DNA from: Azolla caroliniana
Lineage: Eukaryota > Plantae > Polypodiophyta
NCBI GenBank assembly: GCA_043228905.1
Contig: JBHGNT010000021.1
Coordinates: forward strand, 12,710,001-12,774,000
Length of the DNA: 64,000 nucleotides
Direction of reading: 5' to 3'
Positions 9,896 to 24,100 of this stretch are shown here, one piece after another. The translations under genes and the position numbers were made by a program. Positions within the stretch are counted from its first letter, which is position 1, and each line of letters starts with the position of its first letter. The notes under the pieces are model-generated. The model saw only the letters and a program-made list of their open reading frames with translations, was not told where the DNA came from and did not search any database.

Positions 9896-10806
9896 TGCGA
9901 TTGGAGAGATCGGGAGCGCACCCGGAGGACATACGAGCCTTTGCGAGGAATGCACGCGGCGAGAGATGGAGCGGTGAGGTGCTGGTATCAGCGGATGATC
10001 GGCGAGCATGGAAGGCTATGTCTTCAGAACCGGAGGTGCGTGGAGAGCAACGGGCTACGCGCCGGGAAGAGGAAGCGCGGCATCCCGGAAGGCATGCGAG
10101 GCCAAGCGGGCCAAGAGGACGAGAGTCAGGATGAAGCAATAACGGGAGTCGCGAAGGACACTGACATGATGGTCGGGATGACGATACGCTCTACGGCGAG
10201 AGAGCACAGTGAGCAAAGGAGAAACGAGGAGCGCGTAATGAGGTCGCCGAGGGACCAAAGAACGAGCGCATGTTCGGGAGACAACAAGGGCACACGGAAA
10301 GAGCCTACGGAAGGTGAGCGCGGAACGGAGGGAATCGGCACGAGGTGTTCGAGACGAAGAGAGGATCGAGCCGGAGATAGAACACAAGCGGTACGCAAGG
10401 GGCAGAATCCGGCGAGCAAACGGGGTGACCAAGGGCCTAATCGGAGGACCTACGTGGCGGACAAAGAAAGAGTGACCGGATCGGCAATGGCGTTCGGGAG
10501 GACTGACTGGGCAGGAAGGCGAACGCAGTGGATATGGCAGTTCGAATGGGATCGATGTTTCGAGGACACACGGTGGACGTGGTGGATCAGGTGGAGCCGT
10601 CGGCTCAAGGACGTGTGACGGATACGGTGGAACGGGATGCTACGACGGTTCGTGTGGAAGGGACGGGCGTGCTCGAAATGGAAAACGAAGCCGAGCAAGG
10701 CCAACGAGGACACGACGGACCTCGGTTTTATCACCATGGCCGAAAAATCTCACCTCTTCTCCCTTCTTGGCACATACTGGTGGATGTGCGGTTTGGTGGG
10801 GGCGGA

Positions 10807-11528
10807 TGTCGTGAAGATTTTCGTCCATAGGCGGAAACCGGGGTGGAATAGGAAAATCGGTGGTGTGCACCATGTGGAAATGTATACTAGGAAATGGTGC
10901 ATAGAAATAAGAGGGGAAATTCTATCCCACATTGTAAGGTCCCTCCCTCCTTGGGCTATAAAAGGAAGGGAGGGGTCACTTATGAGGGGTTGCCCATTTT
11001 GCATTAGAGGGTATACCGTTAGATTTAGGGTTAGTTACATTCCTTCTTCTTCTTCTTCTTCTTCTCCCCCCCCCTTCGTGTTCGCTTAGGGTTTGCTTCA
11101 ACTCGTCTCCTGCGCAAGACCCCGCTCGGCGCGACAAGCCCGTGAGCTCCCCGACCGGCGGCTTGGCAGCCGACGACTATTGTAACCTACCTTGGTCCGG
11201 CTCGAAGCCGGGAATGTATTCTTCCTTTTATATATATACATGTGCGTCTGTCTGTGTATATTCGCGTCTCTGTTGGTGTCAGGTGCTTCCCCTTTCCTGC
11301 GTTTCCTGTACATAAGGGCGTGAGTTGGGTCGGCCTGTGTGTGTGTGTGTGTGCGTGAGTCAGTGTCAAGCGTGCTCCCTCTCTTTCTCTCTCTCCCTTC
11401 GGTTGCTTCTGGTGTGCTTCTGGGATGCCCTGGAAACGGTGAAGTACGACTTCCTACGCTTCGTCACTCCCTAGTCCAAGACCCTCGTGGTCCCGCCTTT
11501 CTCCACGGACGCGCGTAACAATGCGACA
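10807..11528 (+). repeat. 3' LTR (722 bp) of the non-autonomous element
   Basis: TGTCGTGAAG...GCGCGTAACAATGCGACA. PPT immediately upstream, TATAAAAGG near 10957. Confidence 0.85.
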
Positions 11529-12848
11529 ACGTGAGAGTGGAAAGGGAAACCAACCGGAAGCTAAAGGCAGTTCGAGCAGATAACAGAGGCGAATACCGGG
11601 GGTAGTTCGAGGAGTATTGCCAGTCGAAGGGATTAGACTTGAATTCACCATGCCGAAGACGTCGGAATTGAACGAATTGGCTGAATGGATGAACTGGACC
11701 ATAATGGAGAGAGTCCTAAGCATGCTAGCACATGCAAAGTTATCCAAGACGTCTTGGGTTGAGGCGCTGATGACGACGACATACGTGATTAACAAATCAC
11801 CCTCAGCACCCTTGGAAGGAGACACACCACAAAGAGTATGGACCGAAGACGTGTCTTACCGGCATCTGAAGGTATTCGGTTGTCTCGCTTATGTGCATGT
11901 TGCAAAGGATAAGAGAGCAAAGTTGGATCCGAAGTCCCGGCCATGCATATTCCTTGGATATGGAGATGATGAGTTCGGCTACCGAGTGTAGGACTTGGTC
12001 GACAAGAAGGTGTTCCGAAGTCGAGACATAGTCTTCATGGAACACAAGACTATTGCCGACTGGGAGTCGGAGAAGAAGATAGCGGACTCCGGATTGACAG
12101 ACAGAGATTGGTCGAAAGACAGAAGGACTCATCCAACCGGAAGCCGGACGACACTCAAAGAACCGGTCGGAGTCGGACCAGAATCTAGACATACCGAATA
12201 AGAAGTTTTGGACACCGGAATCGGTCAAGACCCCGAATCAGATTCGGATGAAGAACAAATGGAGGAATTGATAGTTGAAGACCAAGGATGGAGATACCCC
12301 CTCAGAGAGAGAAGAGCCCCCTGGAGATTTCCGGATGCAGATCACATATTGTTGAATGATGAGGGGGATCTGGAAAGCTTCGAAGAAGCAAAGAAAGACA
12401 CCCACAACCTCAAGTGGTTGAGTGCCATGTAGGATGAGATGGATTCCCTAAATGAGAACCACACATACGAATTGACAGAGTTGCCGAAAGGAAAGAGGGC
12501 ACTCCGGAACAAGTGGGTGTACAAGCTGAAACCGGGAGATGCTGGAAATCCACTGAGGTACAAGGCTCGGATCATGGTGAAGGGTTTTCAACAGAAGAAA
12601 GGAGTGTATTTCGACAAGATGTTTGCTCCGGTAGTAAAGATGACATCCATCCAGACGATATTGAGCATAGTGGCAAGCATGGATCTCGAGGTAGAGCAAC
12701 TGGATGTCATGACGACATTGCTACATGGCGACCTCGAAGAAGAGATCTACTTGCAAGAACCAAAAGGATTTGAGAAGAAAGGGTAGGAGCACCTGGTGTG
12801 CCGGTTGAAGAAGAGCTTATATGGATTGAAGCAAGCTCCCCTCCCCGG

Positions 12849-13885
12849 TGTCGTGGCGTGGCTCGCCCAGAAGCATAGCGTTGTGTAGACAAAAGTTAAC
12901 GTGAAAGTGAGGAAGGAATCACTGGGATTATGGACAGAAGAGAGGAAAGAGTAGACTCGATGAAGTGAATAGAGATTGACAACATATGGTAAGGTAAGAT
13001 TTTTAAGAAATATGAGATATTGCAAGATAAGATATAAAATGATATTTGAGAAAATGTAGGAAATTTATAATCATTATCATGAAGAGTTACAAAATGGCTA
13101 CGAGCATCGTTGGACCTTCGATTTTCATCTCACAAAGTAACCACTCTTCTCTTCCTTGATAGTAGACCATAATCTTCCCTTCAAGAATCTTTCGACAAGG
13201 ATAAGACTCAAACCACCGCCCTTCCGTTTCAAGTTGAGGACCACAACCGCCATGCTAGTTCTCCTCTAGTTTTTGATGATCCCTCTCTCTCCCTCTTTGT
13301 CTGTTATGATCTATTATAATTCTCTCTTGATCCAATATAATTTGATTCAATCTTATTTCTTGGTATCTTTGTGACTACATCCCCTTCTCTTTTTATAGCA
13401 AAGGGATAGTCTTGCATGTGGTCCATGTGGTGCACATGCAGATAGGCTCTTGCATGTGTGCTATATGGTGCACATGTAATACATTACAATGTTTACACTA
13501 TTTAATGCAAGTTCAAATAGACATGTTATGAGTATTGGCTAAGTGGTAGTGATTGATGCTTTCAAAGTTGAGGTTGTGGGTTTGAGTCCTCTCTAGTGAA
13601 TGTAATGCAATTCTTTTTCTTTCTATAGCCGCTGTATATAATGTACTATATTATAAAATATATATAGTTTATATATCATGAATGTTGGCTAATTGCTAAC
13701 ATGTGAGGCTCATAAGGCGGAGGTTGTTAGTTCAAGTCCTCTCTTGTCCTCATAATATAGTGTTTTACTTTATTCACCTATAATGTATAATATTATATAA
13801 AACACTATCAAGATTTTTTTAATATTTTAGTTATGTATTTATCTTATTGTAGACTTTTGATGTGAAGCTTTCATACTTCACGACG
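12849..13885 (-). mobile_element. Solo LTR (1037 bp) with TGTCG...CACGAC termini
   Basis: Interrupts copia A RT at KQAP|RQ. Flanks CCGG and CCGA (4-bp TSD, one mismatch). Minus-strand TATAAAAAG near 13390. Confidence 0.8.
13535..13739 (+). promoter_or_regulatory. Two tandem tRNA-like A/B-box modules, 150-bp period
   Basis: TTGGCTAAGTGG(13535)...GGTTTGAGTCC(13579) and TTGGCTAATTGC(13685)...AGTTCAAGTCC(13729). Each is followed by a T4-T5 run. Confidence 0.6.
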
Positions 13886-14883
13886 CCGACAATCTTATAG
13901 GAAGTTTGACTCCTTCATGATTGACCAAGGGTACCACAAGACGCAAACCGACCACTGTGTGTTCGTGAAGAAATTTGACGGAGGTGACTTCCTGATACTC
14001 CTATTGTATGTAGACAACATGTTGATCGTCGGACCGGACCAAACCAAAATCGGAAATCTGAAGAAGGCTTTGAACCGAACCTTCTTAATGAAAGATTTGG
14101 GTTCGACGAGACAAATACTGGGGATGCACATAATCCAGGACTGGTTGAAGAAATTGCTATGGCTGTCACAGGAGAAGTACGTGACAAAGGTGCTTAAACG
14201 ATTCAACATGACGGATGCGACGCCGGTCGGGTCGACACTTCCGACAAACTGCAAGTTGTCCAGAAAGCAGAGCCCGAAGACAAAGGTAGAGAAGTTAGAC
14301 ATGATGCAGATACAATATGCCTCTACCCGATGGTGTGCACCTGACCAGATATCGGATATGCAGTCGGAGTGGTGAATCGTGTTGAGTGAGAAAGCTCAAC
14401 CGGATCCAGATCGGTTGAATAAGCAAGAGCCGGATCGGTCGGAGAGCCGAATCGGACTGAAACCGGTAGGCCGTTAGAGGCTTACGGATCTAGCCTAGTA
14501 CGTAGGCATAGTTTTGGGAGTCAATGTCAATCGTTCGTATGAGCATTGAAGTACTTGTCAGTACTTTTGTCAGTACTTTTGTCAGTTCTTTATGGACTTG
14601 TATAAAGTGCTCTCTGAGCACATTCTATGTACAAAGAGTGTTATTATTTATGAATTGAGTTTATGTTCTGCTCTCTCTCTCTGTGTCTCTCCCGTGTATA
14701 CTCTCAAGCTTCCATTGAACCTGTGTTTGTTCTCTGTCGCTACCCAGCTAAACCGTTTTTATCAAGCTTCCGCATGCTAACTTTAACATGGTATCAAGGC
14801 GCGAGGGTTGGGAATCCTCTGCAACCGACATACGCTTTTGAAGACAAACCGTAACACCCGGTGAAGAACAGAAGAGGATCGAG

Positions 14884-17800
14884 ATGGACAAAGGTATCAC
14901 AAATTCGCTTCCCATAGAAAAGCTTGACCGGAGTAACTATGCATCCTAGTTGTATAAAAGCCACCAATACCTAATGGGGCATGGATATTTGAGCTATGTG
15001 GAAGGAACTAACGAGGTAGCACCGGAGTTGGCACACAAGGACTTCCCGGTATGGGAACAAGGAGCGAGTAGAGTGTTGTACTGCCTCACGTCCTGTGTGC
15101 ATGATCAGATACTGGGCTACATCAACGATGCAAAAACGCCGAAGGAGGCCTAGGAAAATCTTCGGAAGATTTTCGCCGCAAGTACCGCAGCCTGTAAGTT
15201 GCAGCTCCGGCAAGAGCTGAACAACATCCGACAGAGAGATATATCGGTTACGAAGTACACCACCAAAATAAAGGAGATTTGTGACGCGCTCGGGTCCATC
15301 AATGTCACGGTGGACGAAGAAGAAATGGTTCAAATCTGCCTTGGTGGTCTAGCACAACCGTATGGGCCAATCTGAACGGCAATTTGCACCCGGGAGAAGC
15401 CATCGTCCTTCTTCGACTTACAATCAATGTTGAGGATGAAAGAAAACCACGCGAGTGGGTCGATGACCACTCAACCGGATAGCTGGATGTTTTACATGGA
15501 GGCGGATTGGCCCCTCGTGGGCGTGGAGGATGAGGGGGGTCGTCATGCAATGGAGGCGGCCGACAAGAGCAGAATCGAAGGCACCGAGATAGTGCCAACA
15601 ACAGTTCCGGACCTTCCATGAGCAGGGGGAGTCAAAACGGTGCCGGAAACTGGCAAGGGAAGGCCTACTTGGAATGTTTGTATTGTGGCAAGAAAGGCCA
15701 CAAAGAAAGCGAGTGCTGGAAGAAGCGCTCCGATTCGGACAAATCTGGATCCGGCAAGGCCGGACAGGGAAATTGGCAAAGCTCGCACTACGTAGAAGGA
15801 TCAGAAGGATCCGGAGCTGGGAAAACCGGAAAGGGACCAACATTTGTGATGAAGCACAAGGCTAACTCGATGAAGGAGACTACTTCCAAATCAGAGGAAG
15901 TATGGAATGTTGATTTTGGAGTGTCAAACCACACGACGAGCCACAAAGAGTGGTTCTTGTTTTTGGAGAAACTGGAACAACCGAGAATCGTTGAAACCGG
16001 AGACGACACCCCTCACCCGATTGTGCATGTCGGAGAGGTCCCTTTAATCCATGTTGGACAAAAGGGAAAGCTGATGAACGTACTACACGTTCTGGCAATC
16101 ACAAAGAATCTGGTGTCGGTCGGACAAATCGTCAACTAGGGAATGTAGGTGCGGTTTACGCACCTCGGGTGCTTCATTGAGGAAGAAGGCCGGATAATCG
16201 CACAAGGGCGCAGAGAAGGGAGGATGTTCATCCTCGACACTAATGACGTCGAGACCCCAATGTTTGCCAAAGAATAGAAGATTGAATCAGACATCGATCG
16301 CTGACATAAGCGGATTGGCCACGTCAACTACCAGGCTTCAAGATCTGCAATCGAAACAAGTTTTGTTTGGATTGCCGACATTTAGTGGCCGGAAGGCCCA
16401 AATATGTGAAGCCTGCCAACTCAGGAAGCAACACCGACTTCCATTCACCACCGATCGAAACCGGAGCTGTAACAAGCTAGACTTAATCCATTCGGATGTA
16501 TGGGGACTGGCACAGAACGTTAGTCTTGGCAGGAGTCGGTATTTCGTCTCCTTCATCAACAACTACAACCGACACACATGGATCTATCTAATTGAAAGGA
16601 AAAGTGAAGTCTTTGACTGTTTCCGGAATCTACAAAGCCTAGTCGAGAAGGAAACAGAAAGAAAGATCAAGTGCCTGTGGTCGGATGGTGGAAAAGAATA
16701 CATTTTCGGCCAATTCAACAGTTATCTGGAGCAAGAAGGAACAAAACAGTGTGGCCAAGAGAAAGAACTGTACGATTATTGACGCGGCAAGGGCAATGTT
16801 GGAGGAGAAAAGCATGCCCAAATTCTACTGGGTTGAGGCGGTATGGACTACCATCTACATCCAAAATCAGATCGGAGATAAGGTGTCAGCACATGAGCTA
16901 TATTTCGGGCGGAAGCCGAATTTGAGACACCTTCGGATATTCGGAAGCATAGTGAAAGGGTGATGATAGAAAGAAGAGAGAAAGAAAATATATAGATCCA
17001 AAACCACAAAGATCTATTGATAAGGAATGATCATGATGGAAGGAAGAGAGAAAGAAGATACAACTACAAATATATCTTGATAAGAACTCAACCAATACTA
17101 CATGAATTGGAAAGAAATTACCACATGAAATAGCTTCTTTCTCCACCACCTTACTCTTCTTGCTTTATATGAAGGTCCCCTCTACTAGATAACTTTCCCT
17201 TGCTTTCTTTTTTACGCTTTTTTTAGAAGTTTTCAATCTCCTATTCTTAGCTATGATAGAATGATCTTCTAATCATCATATCTCCCTCATCCTCGCTCCA
17301 AATTTAGAGATTTAAAATGCTACGGATACCTCTCTTTATAAGCTTTCGAATATATATTTGAACATGACATTTGGCTTCTAAACGAATGAGTTATGAGCAT
17401 TCGTTTCAGACAATGTTTTGGTGGCCCGCTTTGTTCTTCTTTTACTTTTCTCCATATGTCTTGCTTTTAGTTTGACTTATCCTCAAGACCTTGGTTCATG
17501 TTCTTGACCTCCGGATGTGAATTCTTGATACCTTATATTCTTGTAGTGTTCAATACCTTGAATTCTAAAAACACTTTCACATTTAGCCCTCCCCCTTGCT
17601 TCTTGGTGAACCATTTATGGTGGACCCTAAGCTACGAATAAAACCAAAGATTCTCCTTCACCTTATTCATGGCCATAGAAAAAGAAGGAGAGAATAATAA
17701 ATAAAAAACAAATGATGTGAGTAAACCCCTGCTAGTTGGTAGGAAAAACCTCACACTCCTAAACACACACCCACACAAACACCTTGACAATTGTCTTCAC

Positions 17801-20280
17801 CATCTTTCTCCTTGTCAACACAAAGGAAGAACCACAATTATTATGTCTTCGTCAACTCTCCAAACACGAGTGGGGCCATGCGATACATAACTCTTGATAG
17901 AAGTAAGCATGTCAACATATGAATAAACCTTTTAAGCGAGCGAACCTTTTGCACAAACACCTTCAAAGCTTTGAAACTTGTTGGAGTTGTCACCTTTTGA
18001 ATTACTTCAATCTTTGATTCCACATGAATTCCTTCTTGCCATACCACATTCTCCACACTACCTTGTTTTGTATGTACGACTATTTCATCTACAATCTCAT
18101 CTTGGAAAGGAAGCAAAAATTGATCTCGTTTAGTTGAATCAATCAAGGGTTTGAAATCAATCTCATTCTTCTTTGGAACCACAACAATAGGTGACACACA
18201 CTTCAAATCTTCCATATTATAAATGAAACTCTCTTGTAACAATGTTTTGAACTCTTGTATAAGATCTTCCTTTTGTTCCACACCTATTCCGGAGGATGAG
18301 GCTAGTGAACCCGGAGAGGTTCAGGTAGAAGATGAACAATTCGGTACTCTAGATGAGAGTCCGATCTCACTCTGGCTAAGTGGGCTAAATGAGTAGTTGA
18401 GTTGGAATGACTAGTCGGATGAAGAACCAGCGAGTAGTGGAGACTCTGCCATGCTCTCCCCGCGCAAGGAACCGAGGAGACGGTTCACGCGCAAAGAGAA
18501 GGGGAAGAAGAAGATGTTGGGATATGACATCGGCAGTGAAGGGTTAGATCGGAGCGAATCTGACTCCGGACAAAACGAAGTCAGATCTTCGGAAACGAAG
18601 TCGGAATCGGCCAAGAAGGGCCTCAAACTAGCTGATGAAAATTTGCGCCGGTCATCCCGCCAAAAGAACCCTATAAAACGGTACGGATATAATGAGTACA
18701 TGGCACATCATTATGCGTACATGACCAAGGTGGCGGAAGTGCGTGAGGCGGAGAGCTACGCAGAAGCAGTGAAAGATGCAAATTGGTGTGCTGCTATGGA
18801 AGAAGAAATGTGGCCATTTGATGCCAACGACACTTGGGACCCGGTCAACCCTCCTCGACATTGTAAACCGATCGGCTGCAAGTGGGTGTACAAGGTAAAG
18901 TACAATGCCGATGGTTCGGTAAACCAGTACAAGGCCCAATTAGTGGCGAAGGGATATGCAAAGACCCACAGAATCAACTACGACGAGACCTTTGCTCTGG
19001 TAGCGAAAATGACGACGGTCTATGTGGTACTGACTGTTGCTGCGGCAAGGGGTTGGAATCTTCACCAAATGGACGTGAAGAATGCGTTTCTTCAAGGTGA
19101 TCTTGAAGAACGGGTCTATATAATCCAACCCCCCGGTTTTCAATCAAAGTTGAACAAGTCGGCGGTGTGCTGACTCAAAAAGTCACTTTATGGTCTGAAG
19201 CAAGCCCCCCGAGATTGGAATGCGGAAATCATGCACTGGTTGCGTAAGATGGGTTTTGTGGCTTGAAAGTCCGACTCTTCATTGTTCATCTGAAAAAGTC
19301 TAGACGGTCCATTTTGAATCCTACTATATGTAGATGATCTAGTCATCACCGAACCCGGACTCAATGAAATTGGTCGTGTGAAGTCCCAATTGTTGGACGC
19401 TTTTGAAATGAAGGACCTGGGGGACCTTCATTATTTTCTTGGGATCGAGGTGATCTGAACCCCCAAGGGCATATTGCTCTCACAACGCCATTATGTGTTG
19501 AATATGTTGTACAAGTTCGGCATGATGGAATGCCGACCGATCTCCACACCCTTGGACCAGAACCTAAAGCTACGTCCCGACTCCAGACCATCCTCCAATG
19601 AGAAACGGTTCCGACAAATTGTCGGAAGCCTTATCTATTTTACCATCACCCGACCTGACATCAGTTATCATGTTGGAGTGATCAACTAGTTGATGCAGAA
19701 GCCGACCGTGGAGCACCTTCAGTGTGCGCATCGACTATTGCGATATGTGAGTGGCACGAAGGATCGGGGATTGTTATACCGACATGGTATAGCCGGAAAG
19801 CTAGTCGGATATAACTATGCCGACTGGGTTGGTGATGCATCGTATCGTCGATCCACCTCTGGTTACATGTTTTCTATTGGTAGCGTGACTGTTGCGTGGA
19901 GCAGCCAACAGTGGCTCTATCGAGCACTGAGGCTGAATATCGGGGAGATACTGTTGCCACCTGTGAAGCCATCTGGCTACGACAAATGCTGCATGACCTC
20001 CAGATCGAGGTGCTAAACCCGATCCTGATATCTTGTGACAACGTAAGCAGCATACAACTTGCCAAGAACCCTGTATTCCACGCTCGGACAAAGCACATAG
20101 AAGTGCATTATCACTTTGTCCATGAACGGGTTCTCAACGGTGAAGTTGAACTTCGGTATGTTCACACGGATCGGCAGGTCGCCGACATCTTCACCAAGCC
20201 ACTCAGATCCGACAAGTTGTAGCACTTTTCGGAGATGTTTGGTCTACAGCATCTCGACGTGCTGCACTTGAGGGGGAGAA
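14884..20280 (+). pseudogene. gag-pol of copia D with many stops and frameshifts
   Basis: [66 protein letters not shown]. Interrupted at 16951-18282. Confidence 0.9.
16951..18282 (-). mobile_element. Truncated Ty3 element: 3' LTR (about 16951-17581), PPT and deleted RT remnant
   Basis: (T/A)GTGAAAG...CTTTCACA termini, minus-strand PPT AAGGGGGAGGG near 17587-17597, SPIVVVPKKN...DF...LPFQDEI in ORF 17841-18281. Confidence 0.65.
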
Positions 20281-20341
20281 CGGATGGCACCGGTCAAGGA
20301 GCCGGAGAAGAAGAAAGTGTCATAGACACAATGGAATGTAG

Positions 20342-20395
20342 GATGTTGAACCCATGACCCCCTGGTCTTATTGGGCAACCTTACCAATTGAGCTA
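20342..20395 (-). promoter_or_regulatory. tRNA-like A/B-box module in LTR U3 (second copy at about 25136-25189)
   Basis: Minus strand TAGCTCAATTGGTAAG...GGGTCATG-GGTTCAACATC. A-to-B distance 43 nt. Confidence 0.6.
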
Positions 20396-20681
20396 CATCT
20401 GTCTATGCATTATTGTATTGTATAAGTTTCAACTTATTACATTCTATGTTAATCACTAGAAATTTCAAGAAACTTCTAGAGAATGCATCTTCATGCACTC
20501 TTTAGAAGTTTTCATGCACTCTCTAGATATTACCTAGCTTGCATGCATACCACCACATTCTTCTATAAATACTTCAGTGCACCTTGATTACAATCAAGGT
20601 GAACAACACCAGTTACGGAAGCATAATTTAGTTCTTTCTCTTTTGTCTACCTTCTCTCTCTCTCTTGTTCTCTTGTCTATG

Positions 20682-21127
20682 TGTTATGTACACATAACGT
20701 TGGTGAGGGTAGGTCACTAATATTTACATTAGTGAAGGGTATGTTCACTAATGTTAAAAAAGGGGCTAATGTGATTGGATAGAAGGAATGATAGGTGCAT
20801 GCACTATCATGATTTGGGCAACCAATGAATGGAGACCCTTTTAGAAAGGCACACCTATTCAAGGGGCCTAGGAAAAGGTATAAATATGAGGCTTACCTAC
20901 CCTCATAAGGATTATGTCGGAAGGCCTCCGTCTTAGACACCGATGGTGCGGGCTAGGCTTTCCTCTCGATGATCGTGTTTATCTCTTCCAAGGTACTAGT
21001 CATCCTATCCGGTGGTATGGGACGTTGGTGGTAGGTTGGCTATGTCTAGATCATAGCTCGAGGGTGGTCGGGTGGAACATCCAATCTATTTTCCTTCTTT
21101 TTCTTTACTTTGGAATATTGATTAGTA
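20682..21127. other. Unidentified insert replacing the U5, PBS and 5' gag of the chromovirus, possibly a partial LTR
   Basis: Similarity to the 3' LTR stops at 20681. The insert begins TGTTATG and has TATAAATA near 20879. gag resumes at DEQAL near 21130. Confidence 0.35.
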
Positions 21128-24100
21128 GGGATGAACAAGCTTTATGCGACCAGTTTCGTCGAGGCCTCAGAAATGATGTCAAGATTCTTCTCTTAAAATT
21201 TCCAGAGCCCACATCATTGTCCCAGGTAATCTCCCAAGCCGTTCAATGTGATAATCGTCTTTTCAAGCTTCAACAAGAGGAACGGGGGACTCGAGGCTTT
21301 CTGTCTTCCTCTTGCAATGCTCCACTCACAAGGCCATATATATCAGTTTCGCCAAGCACGCCACGGTTTCCATCTTCCAATGATACTCATACCTCGATGG
21401 AGGTCGACCCTCGTACCCCAATGGAGATCGACCATGCTCGGTTCCAACCATTAACCAATGTCCAACGGCAACATCGACATGGCAATGGCCACTGCCTCTA
21501 TTGTGATACCCCCCCCGGCTATGTCATCCGCCATTGTGCGACTCTCGTCATCAATCCCATCATGCACGTCTTGCTGAGGTTTCTCGACAACAAGAAAATG
21601 ATCATGCATGTCTTGTAGAGGTTTTTGGACAACAGGAAAACGAGCAAGTCCGGTTGTAGTAGGAGCCATGCCGTTGGACACTTCCCATCGCCCTACTTCG
21701 TTGTGCTCCTACAATTCAGTCACGCTAGTAGGAGGTTTTACTTTGCAAGTAAGTCTTTGTTTTGAGTCTATTTCAATAAAATACCATGCCTTGCTTGATT
21801 CTGGTGCATCTACTTGTTTCATTGATATCGCGTTCGACCGAACACGTAAAATCCCCACCGTCCGCACAACACAACCCATATCCGTTGAAGCTATCAACGG
21901 ACGGGTTCTCTCTTCGGGGGTGGTTACTCCGTTGGTACTTCAAGTCGGGTTCCACCAGGAGGTATTAACATTCTATCTCATTGCAACCCCTCGACATCCG
22001 ATTGTTTTAGGGCTCTCCTGGTTGGAAACACACAATCCGATGGTGGATTGGTGCAACCACTCCATCACCTTTACACAAACACCAGCGCGGGTCTCTTCCA
22101 CAAACACCGTTACTTGTGTGGGGGCTGCTTTGAGCTTGGGTGCACATTCTTCTGATTTCAACTCAATCTCCAACGTTTCCGATTCCGTTATGGTCGATTC
22201 TAGCATGGTCGTTTCCGTGCTCGTTGTTCACAAGACGTCTCTGTTCCTATCACCAATTTGCCCGCAAGATGTAGCGATTTTTTGGACGTGTTCAAAAAGC
22301 AAAATGCAGACCGGTTACCGACACATCGCCCCTATGATTGCCCAACCGAACTCCAAGATGGCACACATCCACCATTTGGGCCCATCTATGGGCTATCTAA
22401 ACCTAAACATGAGGTTCTTCACACATATCTAGATGAAAACCTCGCCAAGGGCATCATTCAACCCTCTAAATCACCGGTTGGGGCCCCAATCTTATTTGTC
22501 AAGAAGAAGGACAACTCATTATGCCTATGTGTGGATTATCAGGGCCTCAACAAAATTACAGTACGTAATCGTTATCCCTTGCCTTTAATTCCAACACTCC
22601 TTGACCGATTTCAAACCAGGCGTATCTTATCCAAAATTGACCTTCGGGGACCGTACAATCTGCAACGTATTAAGCCAGGAGACTAGAGGAAAACTACCTT
22701 CTGAACACGCTATGGACATTTCGAGTACAAGGTGATGCCTTTTGGTCTCACCAATGCCCCGACGGTCTTTCAACACATGATGAACAATTTATTTCAGGAG
22801 TATCTCGATCACTCTTGGTGATCTACCTTGACAACATTTTAGTTTTTTCTTCCAATAGAGAGGAGCACACCCGACACGTCCGACTGGTTTTATCCAAACT
22901 TCGGGAACATGGACTTTACGCCAAATGTGAGAATGTGAATTCGATCAGACCTCTATTGAATTCCTAGGCTATATGATTTCACCCTCCGGGATCACAATGG
23001 ATGCACGCAAGGTAGCGGCAATAACCGATTGGCCTGTCCCTACTCGGTTGAAAGAGGTACAATCATTTCTCGGTTTTGCAAATTTCTATCGACGATTTAT
23101 CAATGGTTTTTCCTCTTTAGTGCAACCTCTAATCATCCTTACTAGACAAGATACTCCATTTCTTTGGACCTCTATGGTGCAAAAAGCTTTTGATGCCCTC
23201 AGGACAACTTTTCTCATAGCCCCAATGTTGGTCCACCCCGACCCCACAAAGCCCTTCCAAGTTGAAACCGATGCCTCCGACTTTGCCATTGTCCGGTCTA
23301 CGACAAGGAGCTTGCAGCAATCATGTCTGCCTTCACCGAGTGGCGACCCTATTTGGCTGGGGCCCAACATCGCAACCAGGTGCTGACCGACCACAAAAAT
23401 CTAATTTACTTCACCACCAGTCATACATTGAATCGGAGGCAAGCCCAATGGTAATCTTTTCTCGCCAACTACGACTTTGAGATCTTGTTTCGACTTGGAG
23501 TTCAACATGGGAAAGTTGATGCCCTCTCTCGGTGTCCTAATTTTGCATTGTGCCCAGGAGATGACACATATTCACAACAATCCCATTATTTGTTGCGGCC
23601 CGATCAACTTCAGATTTTCGACACCTACATGTTGCATGATGATTCTTTGCTCAACGAGATTGCCACGGCAACCACGTCAGACCCATCCGCCAAAGAAATC
23701 ATGGCCCGCACCAATGACCCATCTCCGAGCATGAAAAGTTCATATCTCAACCAATTTACAACCCGGAATGGGTTAATATGTAGTAATCATATCTTGTATG
23801 TTCCGGAAGGATCACGCCGGACACGGGTACTACAAAACTGTCATGATGATCCTCTTGCCGGCCACTTTGGGGTCACGAAAACCCTGGAATTGCTATCTTG
23901 AGGGTTTTGATGGCGCCAACCTTGGAAATTTATCAAGCCATATGATGTATGTGCTCAATCCAAAATGACTCACCATCGGCCATATGGTCTTCTCCACCCG
24001 CTCCCCCTTCCAAGTCGACCATGGGTCTCTCTATCCATGGACTTTATCACCAACCTCCCTTTGGTTGGTAGCCATGACATAGTGCTAGTCATTGTCGATC

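Larger units (their letters stand above)
1377..11528 (+). mobile_element. Non-autonomous (gag-only) LTR element of the Trp-primed group, interrupted by the chromovirus at 2849-8621
   Basis: Starts with the distal half of a PBS (ACGTGAAGGGCGGCAA), then decayed gag and a low-complexity interior with no RT/INT motifs. PPT TTTGGTGGGGGCGGA ends at 10806, followed by the 3' LTR. Confidence 0.7.
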
